DNA of 64,000 nt from an uncultured Actinomycetes bacterium (GTDB taxonomy: Bacteria; Actinomycetota; UBA4738; HRBIN12): positions 52,907 through 116,906 of the forward strand of contig CAWGKU010000002.1 in assembly GCA_963823255.1 (NCBI GenBank). The letters run 5' to 3'. How positions within the stretch are numbered: the stretch's first letter is position 1; every line of letters begins with the position of its first letter. Of the stretch, positions 9,412 to 18,798 are shown in pieces. Below the pieces are notes generated by a model. The model was not told the origin of the DNA. It made no database searches and worked only from the letters and a program-made list of their open reading frames with translations. Both the position numbers and the translations under genes were made by a program.

Positions 9412-9771
9412 GTGCAGGAAGCTGCTTCCAACCAGGAGGGCGAACCTGTGGAAGAGATCAGGCTGTGGCGAGCCAGCCGCCAGCAGCTTGTTGGCATGGT
9501 GTACCTGGATAAGGGCGTCCTCGACCTGGATATCCAGGACGATCATGAGCGAGCCCTGGTCGAGGAGGTCCTCGAGCAGACCGGGCAAGTGACCTGGTCA
9601 TTCAGCCGGTTCGACGAAGGCGAGTGGCAGGAGAACATCGCTGAGCCTCGCACCGATCGATGGCTCTGGTTCGTGGTGGCGAACATCTTGTACCCGATGG
9701 GGTACCAGGCCGACTTGGGCATAAGCGAGGAAGGCGAGCCGACCGGCTCGGGAAGGTTCAGCAGAACTTGA
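9412..9771 (+). CDS. Hypothetical protein (119 aa), acidic
   Basis: ORF lying in the island immediately inside the tRNA-fragment repeat. No motif recognised. Confidence 0.35.
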   Translation: MQEAASNQEGEPVEEIRLWRASRQQLVGMVYLDKGVLDLDIQDDHERALVEEVLEQTGQVTWSFSRFDEGEWQENIAEPRTDRWLWFVVANILYPMGYQADLGISEEGEPTGSGRFSRT

Positions 9772-10273
9772 TCTACATCGTTCAGGTCTGCAAGGAACAC
9801 GACCCCGACCCGCGGCGGTCGATGCCGCTACCGAAGCCACCCGGCTCCGTGCCGATCGGCCAACGTCCGCGGCGGTAGCTCTCACCCTGCGCCGGGTCGC
9901 GTACTGCCTCCGTACTGCCTCGGGCCGACCCACCGGACTACATCGAACGGGGGTCGGTCGATCCGCTGATTCCATCGGGAGACCAACCTCCTTACGATCG
10001 TGGCTGGACCCTCCCTTCCTTGTAAGCCGGGTCCGTGGGAGCCCCGCTGCGGCAGCTGCGGGGCTTCCCCAATTTGTCAACAGACCCTCCGGCTAGCATC
10101 TCGGCGATGGCTCGACGGGAACGCGACATCCTCGAATGCGCCGTTCCTACTCTCCCCTTCTGAGGGGACCCGTTTGATTGGGCCTCGGCGGGAAGTAGTC
10201 CGGCGACGAACCAACGCTACATCGGGCCGATCGACTTTCGGAGATCGGCCGCTCCTGGGGTGGCGGTATCGCC

Positions 10274-11348
10274 TTGCAGCGCGGGCGACAAGACACGACA
10301 CTTGGGCCGTGGGAGCCTTCCGACGAGCTTCGACGAGTCGTCACCCGGTTCTTCGAGGCCGTTCGTGATGGCGACGAACAGGCCGTCAGCAACCGGATCT
10401 CACGACAGCCTGGGTTCGAGCGGTTTGGCACCGATCCGGCGGAATGGTGGCGGGACGGTGAGGAGGCTGCGCTCGTCTGGACACAGCAGATGCGGGAGAT
10501 GGGTGGTGGATACCCGTGGCAATTGACCGATGGTGTCTTCGCGATGACGGAAGGCAGCACCGGATGGGCTCTTGGCAGAGCGGAGTTCCAGTCCCCGCTC
10601 GGCCCAACCCAGTTCCGATTCACGTGCGTACTGCATCTGGAGCACGGAGATTGGAAACTGGTGCAGTTTCACAGCTCGGTGCCAACGACCAATGAAGAGC
10701 ACGGGTTCCTCCTGACGACCTCCGTCGATCAGATCGCCGAGTCGGTCAGTGCGGTACGGCCCGACCTGTCGGGGACGTCCGCGTCGGATGGCACGGTGAC
10801 AATCGCGTTCACGGACATCGAAGACTCAACACGTCTCAACGAGTTCCTCGGTGATCAACGTTGGCTGGAGGTCCTGCGTGCGCACAACGACGTGGTAAAG
10901 GTCGTCACCGCCGACTTCGGCGGAACGGTCGTCAAGAATCAGGGTGACGGCTTCATGCTGGCCTTCTCGTCTGCGCGGCGTGCGTTGAACTGCGCTGAGG
11001 CGATCAAACGAACGATCACCGATCGGTCTCCGAGATCCGGGCTCGCCGATCCGAGTCCGCATCGGTATCCACGCTGGCGAGATGGTACGTGAAGGGGACG
11101 ACTTCTTTGGTCACGCCGTTAGCTACACGGCTCGAATCGCATCTACGGCTGCCGGTGGCGAGATCGTCGTTTCGTCCCTTGTCCATCAGCTCGTCGCGCA
11201 GAGCGGCGAGTTTGCTTTCGGCGAAGCTCGCGTAGTGGAGTTGAAGGGGATCGAAGGGTCGCATCTCGTCTACCCAGTCGTCTTCTCGACCCCGGACCCT
11301 GAGCCCGCCGAGAGCGCGAGACCCTCGAGCACACCGTCCGCGCCGTAA
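10274..11348 (+). CDS. NTF2-like (SnoaL/DUF4440-like) domain fused to a class III adenylate/guanylate cyclase; frameshift near 11030-11060
   Basis: N-terminal NTF2-like fold (FFEAVRDGDEQ...FRFTCVLHLEHGDWKLVQFHSS). The cyclase core FTDIEDSTRLNEFLGDQRWLEVLRAHNDVVKVV...GDGFMLAFSS continues in ORF 11082..11348 (RIRVRIGIHAGEMVREGDDFFGHAVSYTARIAS). Confidence 0.75.
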
Positions 11349-11534
11349 CCGAGTACGCGGTCGCCGCGAGCCTGCTGTTCATCCCGTGGACGTGCAGCAT
11401 CTAGAGCGTCAACTCCCGTGAGCCCCCTCGACGCCCTCGGACCGGCTCCCTGCGCCGAACTGCTCCAGGTTTTGATGCTCCCCGACTTCGAACGAGCCGA
11501 CCGGATCGGCGAGTTCTGGACCTACCCGGAGAGC

Positions 11535-11584
11535 CGCGCCTTCGCTTAGCTCCTGATCGACTGCGAGGAGGACCGGACGCTCCG
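11535..11584 (+). repeat. Copy A of an imperfect ~50-bp direct repeat flanking the protease gene
   Basis: tgatcgactgcgaggaggaccggacgctccgggcggtgctcgtcgggatg, compared with 12615..12666 (about 85% identity). Confidence 0.6.
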
Positions 11585-11747
11585 GGCGGTGCTCGTCGGG
11601 ATGCTCCGGGAAGCTGATCGCTAGGGCAGGACGCAGCAGGAGCCGCGCAGCAAGGCGAGCCTCGGACGGACGAGAGGCTCAAGCGCACTGAGAGCCGCTT
11701 CTACGTCACATGAGGGAGGTTAAAGCGCCCGCACCAGTGTTGGCTGA

Positions 11748-12545
11748 GTGGCCCGATTCGAAGGAGACGGGTCAATGAGGCGCTTGCTCGCGCTCATCGC
11801 AGCATCGCTGCTGTTCGTGTTCGTGCCGGGATCAGCCAGTGCTATCACGAACGGGCAGCCGGACACGGGAAACACGTATCGGTCTGTTGGGCTACTCGCC
11901 TTCTACGACTCCGACGGCGTGTACATGCATCGGTGCACCGGCACCTTGCTCTCGCCAACGGTGGTCTTGACCGCCGCACATTGCACGGACGGAACCGCCA
12001 CGGCGTACGCTTACTTCTCGGTCAATGTGCCCGATGACTTCAGGGAGAACCCGACCGGCAACCTTGGGACGACCTTCACCCATCCTGATTTCGGGACCAA
12101 CTTGCACAACGATGTCGGTGTCGTCGTCCTCGACGACCCGATGAACCTGAGCGAGTACCCGGTTCTCGCGCCGGAGGGGTTTCTGACCGAGCTCAAGGAC
12201 GCGCACGAGATCCAAGACGATACCTTCGTGGCAGTTGGCTACGGACTCCTCAACGGATCGCCGCCACCGAATCTCCTGCCCAATGAGAGCCGCTGGTTCG
12301 GAGTGTCCCCGTATCGAGGCCTGAAGAAGAACAACCTGCATCTGTTCCAGAACCCGGTTCCGAACGGGGCAGGCGGGACGTGCTTCGGCGACTCCGGTGG
12401 CCCGCACTTCTGGAACGACACATTGATCCTCGCCTCCGTAACGAGCTGGGGAGACGCAGTCTGTCGCTCCAACGATCAGACACAACGCGTGGATATCCCC
12501 TCAGTGTTGGACTGGCTGGAGGAGGAGTTCGGCATCGCTCCTTGA
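11748..12545 (+). CDS. Secreted trypsin-like (S1 family) serine protease
   Basis: Signal peptide, His-site motif TAAHC, and Ser-site motif GDSGGP. Confidence 0.85.
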   Translation: MARFEGDGSMRRLLALIAASLLFVFVPGSASAITNGQPDTGNTYRSVGLLAFYDSDGVYMHRCTGTLLSPTVVLTAAHCTDGTATAYAYFSVNVPDDFRENPTGNLGTTFTHPDFGTNLHNDVGVVVLDDPMNLSEYPVLAPEGFLTELKDAHEIQDDTFVAVGYGLLNGSPPPNLLPNESRWFGVSPYRGLKKNNLHLFQNPVPNGAGGTCFGDSGGPHFWNDTLILASVTSWGDAVCRSNDQTQRVDIPSVLDWLEEEFGIAP

Positions 12546-12614
12546 TCCTGAGGTTGGGCTCCCTCCGTTCTTTGGCGGGAGCCTTCCCTCTTTGGGTCAC
12601 CCTTTTCCGCAATG

Positions 12615-12666
12615 CTGATCGGACTGCGAGGAGGATCAGGTGCTCCGGGCAGTGCTCGTCGGGATG
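12615..12666 (+). repeat. Copy B of the imperfect ~50-bp direct repeat
   Basis: tgatcggactgcgaggaggatcaggtgctccgggcagtgctcgtcgggatg. Confidence 0.6.
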
Positions 12667-12788
12667 TTGCGAGGCGCTTCCTGGGCCTGAAATGGCGGCA
12701 CCAGTAGCTTGCTCGGACGGCTTCTCCGCCTGCCGCTCGACAGGCTCGAACCGAGACGTTCGGAAGAACCAACTCTCCAGCTGGTTCC

Positions 12789-13937
12789 TTAGTTGTTCGT
12801 GCGTACGGGTGAGGTCGCGGCCGAACAGATGTCGGCGCCAGCGTTCAGAGTGACTTTGGGCGCCTTGGCGCGATACTTGCCAGGCTTGTCTTTGATCTTC
12901 TTCTTGTAAGACCCGCTCGCATCGGTAGTCGTGCTTCCCACGTTCTTCCAGCCACCACTGGTCTTGCGCTGGATCTTGACGGGAACGCTCGCGGTGCATG
13001 CGGTGAACCCGTCGCTCGCGCTGACGACCCCCTTAGCGACCAGGTGCTTCTTCAGCTTCAGCGTGACGCTCCTCGAATGCGAGGTGCTCACCGTGAAGTT
13101 GGACGTGCTGGTCGCCGAGCCGAGCGGGGTCGTCACCTTGATCGGCCCGGTCGTCGCACCAGCAGGGACCGTCGCCGTGATCTTAGTCGACGGGGCGACT
13201 TTGAACGTGGTTGCGGAAACCCCGTTGAAGGTCACGGCGGTCGCTCCGGTGAAGTTCGTCCCGGTGATCGTGACGGTCGTCCCGACCGGCCCGAAGGTCG
13301 GCGTGAACGAGGTGATTGTGGGGACGCCGGTGCTCGTGACCGTGAACCTCTGGGAGCTGCAGGCAGTTCCGCCAAGCGTTGTCACGCAGATCTTCCCGGT
13401 GGTCGCGCCGCTCGGGACCGTCGCCGTGGTTTGGGTCGACGAGACGACGTTGAACGTCGTGGAGGAAACCCCGTTGAACTTCACGCTCGTTGTCCCGGTG
13501 AAGTTCGTTCCGATGATGGTGACCGACGTGCCCACGGGACTGCTGGTGGGCGTAAACGAGGTGATCGTCGGCTTGGCGGCGGTCGTGGTGACCGTGAAGC
13601 TTTGGGAACTGCAGTCGGTTCCTCCAGGCGTTGTCACGCAGATCTTCCCGGTGGTCGCGCCGCTTGGGACCGTCGCCGTGATTTGGGTCGACGAGCCGCC
13701 CGAGAAGGTCGTGGCCGACGTTCCCCCGAATGTCACGGCCGTTGCGCCGGTGAGGTTCGTCCCGGTGATCGTGACGATCGTCCCGATCGGCCCAGAGGTC
13801 GGGGTGAACGAGGTGATCGTTGGTTTGGTCGGCGGAGCGGCCGAGGACGGGGTTGCGATGGCCATCGCCGCGACCACGATCACGGAGAGAATTGCGGCTC
13901 GAGCGAGGGCCGCCGGAACCATGGCTGGCCGCCTCAT
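12789..13937 (-). CDS. Secreted cell-surface protein with three IPT/TIG-like repeats
   Basis: Signal peptide from the ATG at 13937, with RBS gggagggg. Three copies of ITSFTPTSGPVGTxVTIxGTNFTGxTxVxFxGVSxTTF...ATVPSGATTGKICVTT. Confidence 0.7.
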   Translation of the reverse strand: MRRPAMVPAALARAAILSVIVVAAMAIATPSSAAPPTKPTITSFTPTSGPIGTIVTITGTNLTGATAVTFGGTSATTFSGGSSTQITATVPSGATTGKICVTTPGGTDCSSQSFTVTTTAAKPTITSFTPTSSPVGTSVTIIGTNFTGTTSVKFNGVSSTTFNVVSSTQTTATVPSGATTGKICVTTLGGTACSSQRFTVTSTGVPTITSFTPTFGPVGTTVTITGTNFTGATAVTFNGVSATTFKVAPSTKITATVPAGATTGPIKVTTPLGSATSTSNFTVSTSHSRSVTLKLKKHLVAKGVVSASDGFTACTASVPVKIQRKTSGGWKNVGSTTTDASGSYKKKIKDKPGKYRAKAPKVTLNAGADICSAATSPVRTNN

Positions 13938-14171
13938 AGGAATCCCCTCCCTTGTTCCACGCGATTCATACACCCGCGCTATCAACGCCTGCCAACCGCC
14001 AAATCGCGTAGGCCCGCATGGGGCGAGGAAGAGAGCAAGTTGTGCGGCCGAGAAACCACCTCGATCCCGCGTGACGTAGATGAGCCGTGGCCGCGAGCCG
14101 AGCGGTCCATCCCGCCGCCGCGCCCAGAGCCAGCGCCGCACGGCGATCCGGCGGTCAGGGGCGAGCCGCGC

Positions 14172-14573
14172 TCATTCCGAACGTCCGGGCTTCACTGGGC
14201 TCCTTCGCCACGGGACGACGCCCTCGAGCTCGATGTCCATCGAGAAGCTGAGGAACGTCCGCACGAGCACGATGACACCGAGCGTGATTGCGCTGTCGAG
14301 GGTCGAATCGACCGTGATCGTCTCGACTATGTCGGCGATGATCAGGATCTCAAGCCCGAGCAGGATCGCTCGGCCGACGTCTCGCCGGACGCCCTTGTAT
14401 GCCTCGAGGGGCCGGCGGCGAACCAGCTCGACCACGAACCTTGCGAAAGCGAGGACCGAGCCGACGACGAGCACCACGACGCCGGCGACCTCGAACCCTC
14501 GGACGACGTTCTTCATCGCGTCTTCGAAAGTCGCCGAGCCGATCATCCTTCCCCTTTCCCGGTCCTCGTTCAC
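14172..14573 (-). CDS. Small membrane protein (DUF1622-like)
   Basis: Hydrophobic helices VAGVVVLVVGSVLAFARFVV and LLGLEILIIADIVETI. Lies downstream of SulP on the same strand. Confidence 0.5.
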   Translation of the reverse strand: MNEDRERGRMIGSATFEDAMKNVVRGFEVAGVVVLVVGSVLAFARFVVELVRRRPLEAYKGVRRDVGRAILLGLEILIIADIVETITVDSTLDSAITLGVIVLVRTFLSFSMDIELEGVVPWRRSPVKPGRSE

Positions 14574-14596
14574 GTACGACGGACGCTGGCCCTGAG

Positions 14597-16195
14597 CTAC
14601 GGTCGTTCCGGCGGCTCGGCTCGCCCTGCGATGCTGCGGGTCGCGACGTCGGCCGCCTCGCGGACGGAGGCGAAGACGCGATCCGCCCCGACCTCATCGA
14701 TCGCGCCGGCGCGTCTCCACTGATCCTCTATCGCCGACTCCACGCGGGCGATCGCGAACCAACGACCGCTCGCCTTCATCTCCCTCGCCATGCCGATCAG
14801 CACATCGGCTCCGTCCGTGTCGGTGAGCGACACCGCCTCCCCGTCGACGACCACAGCCGCGATCGGTACGTCGGACTCCGAGATCAGCGCCATCACGCTG
14901 TCGTTGAACCTGTTTGCGTTGGCGAAGAAGAGCGGACCGTCCAGGCGCACGACGAGGACGCTCGGTTCGACGATGAGCCCTTCGTTCCGCTCAACGTCGA
15001 GGTAGGTGTCCGAGGCCGGGTCCCTCCCCATGCGACGCAACTGTGGCCGGGACGAGTGTGCGATCAGCAGCAGGAGGGACAGCACGACGCCGAGCAGGAT
15101 CCCTCCGATGATCGACAGGAAGATGATCCCGAGCCCCGCGGCCATGAAGAAGACCCAATCCGAGCGGCTCACACGGAAGTACCGCGCCATCGTGCGGAAG
15201 TCGATCAGGCCGACCATCGCGTCGATCACGACTGCTCCCAACACGGCGGACGGGAGGTTGTCGAACAGGGCCGCCAGGAAGAGCATGGTGAGCAGGACGA
15301 ACGCCGCATCGATCAGCGAAGCCATCTGGCTCTTCTGTCCAGCTGCGTCTCCCACCGACGTCTTCGAGAGGCTCCCGTCGTTCACGAAACCGCCGACGAG
15401 TCCGGCACTCAGGCAGGCGACGCCCTCCGCCGCGAGCTCCTGATCCGTGTCGATCCCGTACCCATGCTTGGAGGCCATGGCGCGACCCGCTGCGAGCGTC
15501 TCCGAGTAGCCCACGAAGATGATGGCGAGCGCGCCAGCGATCAGGTCCGTGAGGTCCCCCCACACGCCCTGCGGGATCCCCACCGAGAACAGGCCTGTCG
15601 GCACCGTACCGGTGACGGCCACTCCGTGAGAGGTGAGGTCGAACGCGTTCACGGCGAGGATCGAGAGGACCACGGCGATGAGTGCACGGGGCCACTTGGG
15701 GAGGAGATACCGCATCAGCAGCAGGGCGACGAGCGCTGTGGCACCGACGGCGAGGGTAGGCAGGTTGGTATCGGGGATCTGCTTGATCGTGCCCACGAGT
15801 TCGTCCCAGTAGCTGCCGGACGTCTTGTCCACGCCGAACAGCTTGTAGGTCTGATCGATGATGATCCCGATCGAGAAACCGAGAACGAACCCGCTCATCA
15901 CGGCTCGGGAGAGGAAGTTGGAGATCCACCCCATCCTCGCGATCCTGAGGAGCAGATAGATGACCCCGGTGACGATCGCCAGAGCGGCGGTCACCGGCAC
16001 GGCCTTGCTCGTGTCGACGGCGGAGGCACCGACCAGTGGTGTGATGACGGCCAGCGAGACAGCGGCCACGCTTCCGCTGGGACCCTGCACGACATGTCTC
16101 GATGTGCCGAAGATCGCGTACGCGATCAGCGCGGCGAAGGCCGTGTAGAGGCCGTACTGGACGGGAACCCCGGCCAAGGTCGCGTTGTCGGGCAT
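14597..16195 (-). CDS. SulP family sulfate/anion permease with C-terminal STAS domain
   Basis: 532 aa, multi-TM SulP core and a STAS-like C-terminus. Confidence 0.85.
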   Translation of the reverse strand: MPDNATLAGVPVQYGLYTAFAALIAYAIFGTSRHVVQGPSGSVAAVSLAVITPLVGASAVDTSKAVPVTAALAIVTGVIYLLLRIARMGWISNFLSRAVMSGFVLGFSIGIIIDQTYKLFGVDKTSGSYWDELVGTIKQIPDTNLPTLAVGATALVALLLMRYLLPKWPRALIAVVLSILAVNAFDLTSHGVAVTGTVPTGLFSVGIPQGVWGDLTDLIAGALAIIFVGYSETLAAGRAMASKHGYGIDTDQELAAEGVACLSAGLVGGFVNDGSLSKTSVGDAAGQKSQMASLIDAAFVLLTMLFLAALFDNLPSAVLGAVVIDAMVGLIDFRTMARYFRVSRSDWVFFMAAGLGIIFLSIIGGILLGVVLSLLLLIAHSSRPQLRRMGRDPASDTYLDVERNEGLIVEPSVLVVRLDGPLFFANANRFNDSVMALISESDVPIAAVVVDGEAVSLTDTDGADVLIGMAREMKASGRWFAIARVESAIEDQWRRAGAIDEVGADRVFASVREAADVATRSIAGRAEPPERP

Positions 16196-16209
16196 ATTCC
16201 TGCAGGTAG

Positions 16210-16282
16210 TGGACCCAAGGGGATTCGAACCCCTGACCTTCTGGCTGCCAGCCAGACGCTCTACCAGCTGAGCTATGGGCCC
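16210..16282 (-). tRNA. tRNA-Ala (anticodon GGC)
   Basis: The cloverleaf folds by hand: acceptor gggccca/tgggtcc with the G3:U70 alanine identity pair, anticodon loop ctGGCag, T-loop ttcgaat. Confidence 0.85.
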
Positions 16283-16291
16283 GCGGGAGGC

Positions 16292-16690
16292 TCAGTCTAG
16301 CGAACCGGCTGCCGCCTGCTCCGAGCCGTTCCAGCCGAGTCGAGGCGCATCGCGCCACAGCCGCTCGAGGTCGTAGTACTCGCGCTCCTCCTGGGCGAAC
16401 ACGTGGACGACCACGTCGATGTAGTCGAGAAGCACCCAGCGCGAGTCGGCGTCGCCTTCGCGCCGGACCGGCTTCTCGCCCAGGTCCCGGACGGCCCGCT
16501 CCACCTCCTCGACGATCGTCTTGACCTGGCGATCGGTCTCGCCCGAGGCGATCACGAAGTAGTCGGTGATCACGATCAGGCCGTGCACGTCCAAGATCGT
16601 GACGTCCGCAGCCTGTTTGGCGGCCGCCGCGCGCGCCGCGGTCACGGCGATGTCGCGGCTCTCGGCGTGGGTGGCGTCGCTACCCGGCAC
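16292..16690 (-). CDS. rsfS: Ribosomal silencing factor RsfS (Iojap)
   Basis: ILDVHGLIVITDYFVIASGETDRQVKTIVEEV...VVHVFAQEEREYYDLERLW. Confidence 0.8.
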   Translation of the reverse strand: MPGSDATHAESRDIAVTAARAAAAKQAADVTILDVHGLIVITDYFVIASGETDRQVKTIVEEVERAVRDLGEKPVRREGDADSRWVLLDYIDVVVHVFAQEEREYYDLERLWRDAPRLGWNGSEQAAAGSLD

Positions 16691-16708
16691 GCCGTCCTTC
16701 GCTCATGC

Positions 16709-17680
16709 TCACCCGGTGAAGTCCTTCCCGATCACGACCGTCACAGGAGCGATACCCGAACCCACCGACACGGACACGCTCCCCACACCGAGCAAGTCTC
16801 GCACACGTTCGGCCAAGGCGACGTCGTCAGGCGAGCCCACCACGATCAGCGTCTCGGGGTGGTCGAAGTCCGAGGCGTTCTGCGAGACCGCTACGCGGAA
16901 TCCGCCGGGCAGCAGCTTCTCGGCCACCGCCTCGCCGATCCCCGGCACACCGTTGCCGTTCAGGACGATGACCGGCACAGCCTCCTCGGCCGGCCCGCCG
17001 AACGCCGCGACCAGCGCGTCCGTGACCTGTTCGGGGGTCGCTCGGAACACGCCGCTCGCCACCTCCGCGGCCTCGAGCGTGGCCACCTGCGCACCAGATG
17101 CGGCCTTGAGCATCCGGACCACGCTCGCCGGATGCTCGGCGTCGGCGAGATCGGCGGGAGACCAGGCCACGTCCGCGGCCAGCAGCGCCTCCATCACGAT
17201 CTGCAAACCCGCGACGTCGCCGGCACCCGACGCCTCGAACATGCCAGAGACGTCCCGCCCGTCGGCGAGCTCGCCACCGATCCGGACGCCGCCGACGTCG
17301 TCCGCGATCGCGGCGAGACGGTCGGCCTCGATCGTCGCGTGGTCCTCGATCCATACCCCGAGCAGGTTGCCGACGGCGGTGGCCGCCTGGCGCGGCGGGA
17401 GCCCCAGGGCGTCCCCGATCGTCGACTCGCCCTGGCCGGGGATCACGACCATCGCCTCCGGCGGCACGACGAGCGCGCCGCTCGTGCCGAACCCCGTGCT
17501 GCCGACGACGACCGGGAGCGGTCCCCCGTCGGTCGTCACCACCAGCAGCGCAAGCCCGGCGGCCGCGGGCGGCGTGACCTCGGGCTCGGTGCGAGCGCGT
17601 TCGCGCGCGATCAGGAGCGCGCCCGTGCCAGCGGTCGCCAGGACGGCCACGAGCACCAGCAGCGCCAGCCGTCGCGTCAC
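16709..17680 (-). CDS. LytR_C (LytR cell-envelope-related attenuator C-terminal) domain membrane protein
   Basis: N-terminal TM followed by a LytR_C-like C-terminus ([27 protein letters not shown]). Its GTG at 17680 overlaps the nadD stop (GTGA). Confidence 0.6.
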   Translation of the reverse strand: MTRRLALLVLVAVLATAGTGALLIARERARTEPEVTPPAAAGLALLVVTTDGGPLPVVVGSTGFGTSGALVVPPEAMVVIPGQGESTIGDALGLPPRQAATAVGNLLGVWIEDHATIEADRLAAIADDVGGVRIGGELADGRDVSGMFEASGAGDVAGLQIVMEALLAADVAWSPADLADAEHPASVVRMLKAASGAQVATLEAAEVASGVFRATPEQVTDALVAAFGGPAEEAVPVIVLNGNGVPGIGEAVAEKLLPGGFRVAVSQNASDFDHPETLIVVGSPDDVALAERVRDLLGVGSVSVSVGSGIAPVTVVIGKDFTG

Positions 17681-18279
17681 CGGTACAGCGCCGCCTTCTC
17701 GACGTAGCTCTTCACGCCCTCGGGGACCAGGTACCGGATCGGGCGGCCGTCGTGGATCCGTTCGCGGATGTCGGTCGAGCTGATCGCAAGCGCCGGGATC
17801 GTCATCATGCTGACGCTCGCGTCGCGCGCCGGGCCGGCCGCCTCGAACCTCGCGAGGTCGTAGCCGGGTCGCGTAGCCGCGATGAAGTGCGCGATCGACA
17901 GGACCTCGTCGGGATCCTTCCAGTCCAAGATCTCGAGCATCGCGTCGGCGCCGGTGATGAAGTAGAGCTCGGCGTCCGGGTTGTGGGCGCTGAGCGTGCG
18001 CAGGGTGTCGACGGCGTAGGTGGGTCCGTCCCGGTCGATCTCGACGCGGGAGACCTGGAAGCGCGGATTGCTCGCGGTCGCGATCACGGTCATCAGGTAG
18101 CGATCCTCGGCGGGCGAAACCACGCGCCCCTGCTTCATCCACGGATGTCCCGTCGGCACGAACACGACCGCGTCCAGGGCGAACTGCACCAGGGCCTCCT
18201 CGGCGGTCACGAGGTGGCCGTAGTGGATCGGGTCGAACGTGCCGCCCATGACCCCGAGCCGTCGTCCCACGGCGGCCAT
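17677..18279 (-). CDS. nadD: Nicotinate-nucleotide adenylyltransferase
   Basis: [12 protein letters not shown] (HxGH motif). 200 aa. Confidence 0.85.
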   Translation of the reverse strand: MAAVGRRLGVMGGTFDPIHYGHLVTAEEALVQFALDAVVFVPTGHPWMKQGRVVSPAEDRYLMTVIATASNPRFQVSRVEIDRDGPTYAVDTLRTLSAHNPDAELYFITGADAMLEILDWKDPDEVLSIAHFIAATRPGYDLARFEAAGPARDASVSMMTIPALAISSTDIRERIHDGRPIRYLVPEGVKSYVEKAALYR

Positions 18280-18330
18280 CCTACGGCTGCGACCAGCGAC
18301 GACGGTGGATTTCGCGCCCGGGCGGCGGGG

Positions 18331-18798
18331 CTAGGGCCGGCTCGTCCGGACCCATGCCTCGAGCTCGGGGGCGTGCCCGGCATAGTGCCGGGGCCCGCTC
18401 TCGTCGAACCACTCGTCGGCATCGGCCGTGAGCTCGGTCAGGGCCCCGAACCGCTCGAGCATCTCTGCTCGCGCCCGGTGCAGCTCGGCGCGGACCTCGT
18501 CCACCGGCATCGCTCGGGACCGTTCGAGCTCCCGATCGTTGATGCGGTTCACCTCGGTCTCCTCGTACGGCTCGCTGACGCGGTCGAACCTCCCCTCGGC
18601 GATCTCGCGGAGTGCGCGGGCGGCGTCGGCGCACCAGAACGCGACGTGCCACATCACGTCCCGCACGGCCCAGCCCTCGGCGTTGAGCCCGGGCGGTTCG
18701 AGGCGATCGGGCGGCACCGCGTCCAGCAGCGCGACGAACGCCTCCCAGCCCTCGGCCTCGGCACGCAGGAGCTCCTCACGCCGCGCCATCGCGCCCAC
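18331..18798 (-). CDS. Hypothetical protein, possibly DinB_2/MDMPI-N-like four-helix bundle
   Basis: 155 aa. A WAVRDVMWHVAFW motif resembles the DinB-like superfamily. Confidence 0.4.
   Translation of the reverse strand: MGAMARREELLRAEAEGWEAFVALLDAVPPDRLEPPGLNAEGWAVRDVMWHVAFWCADAARALREIAEGRFDRVSEPYEETEVNRINDRELERSRAMPVDEVRAELHRARAEMLERFGALTELTADADEWFDESGPRHYAGHAPELEAWVRTSRP

Noticed and set aside
10274-12545. Cyclase + neighbouring genes as a Pycsar/CBASS-like anti-phage signalling system
   Set aside because: No effector with a cyclic-nucleotide-binding domain, TIR domain or TM domain is adjacent. The neighbours are a secreted trypsin-like protease and a surface protein, and the cyclase carries an NTF2-like sensor domain typical of housekeeping signalling cyclases.
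9177-16208. Intact integrative element, ICE or prophage
   Set aside because: No integrase, excisionase, relaxase, capsid or terminase-like genes were found in any frame. Only the att-like repeat and cargo remain.
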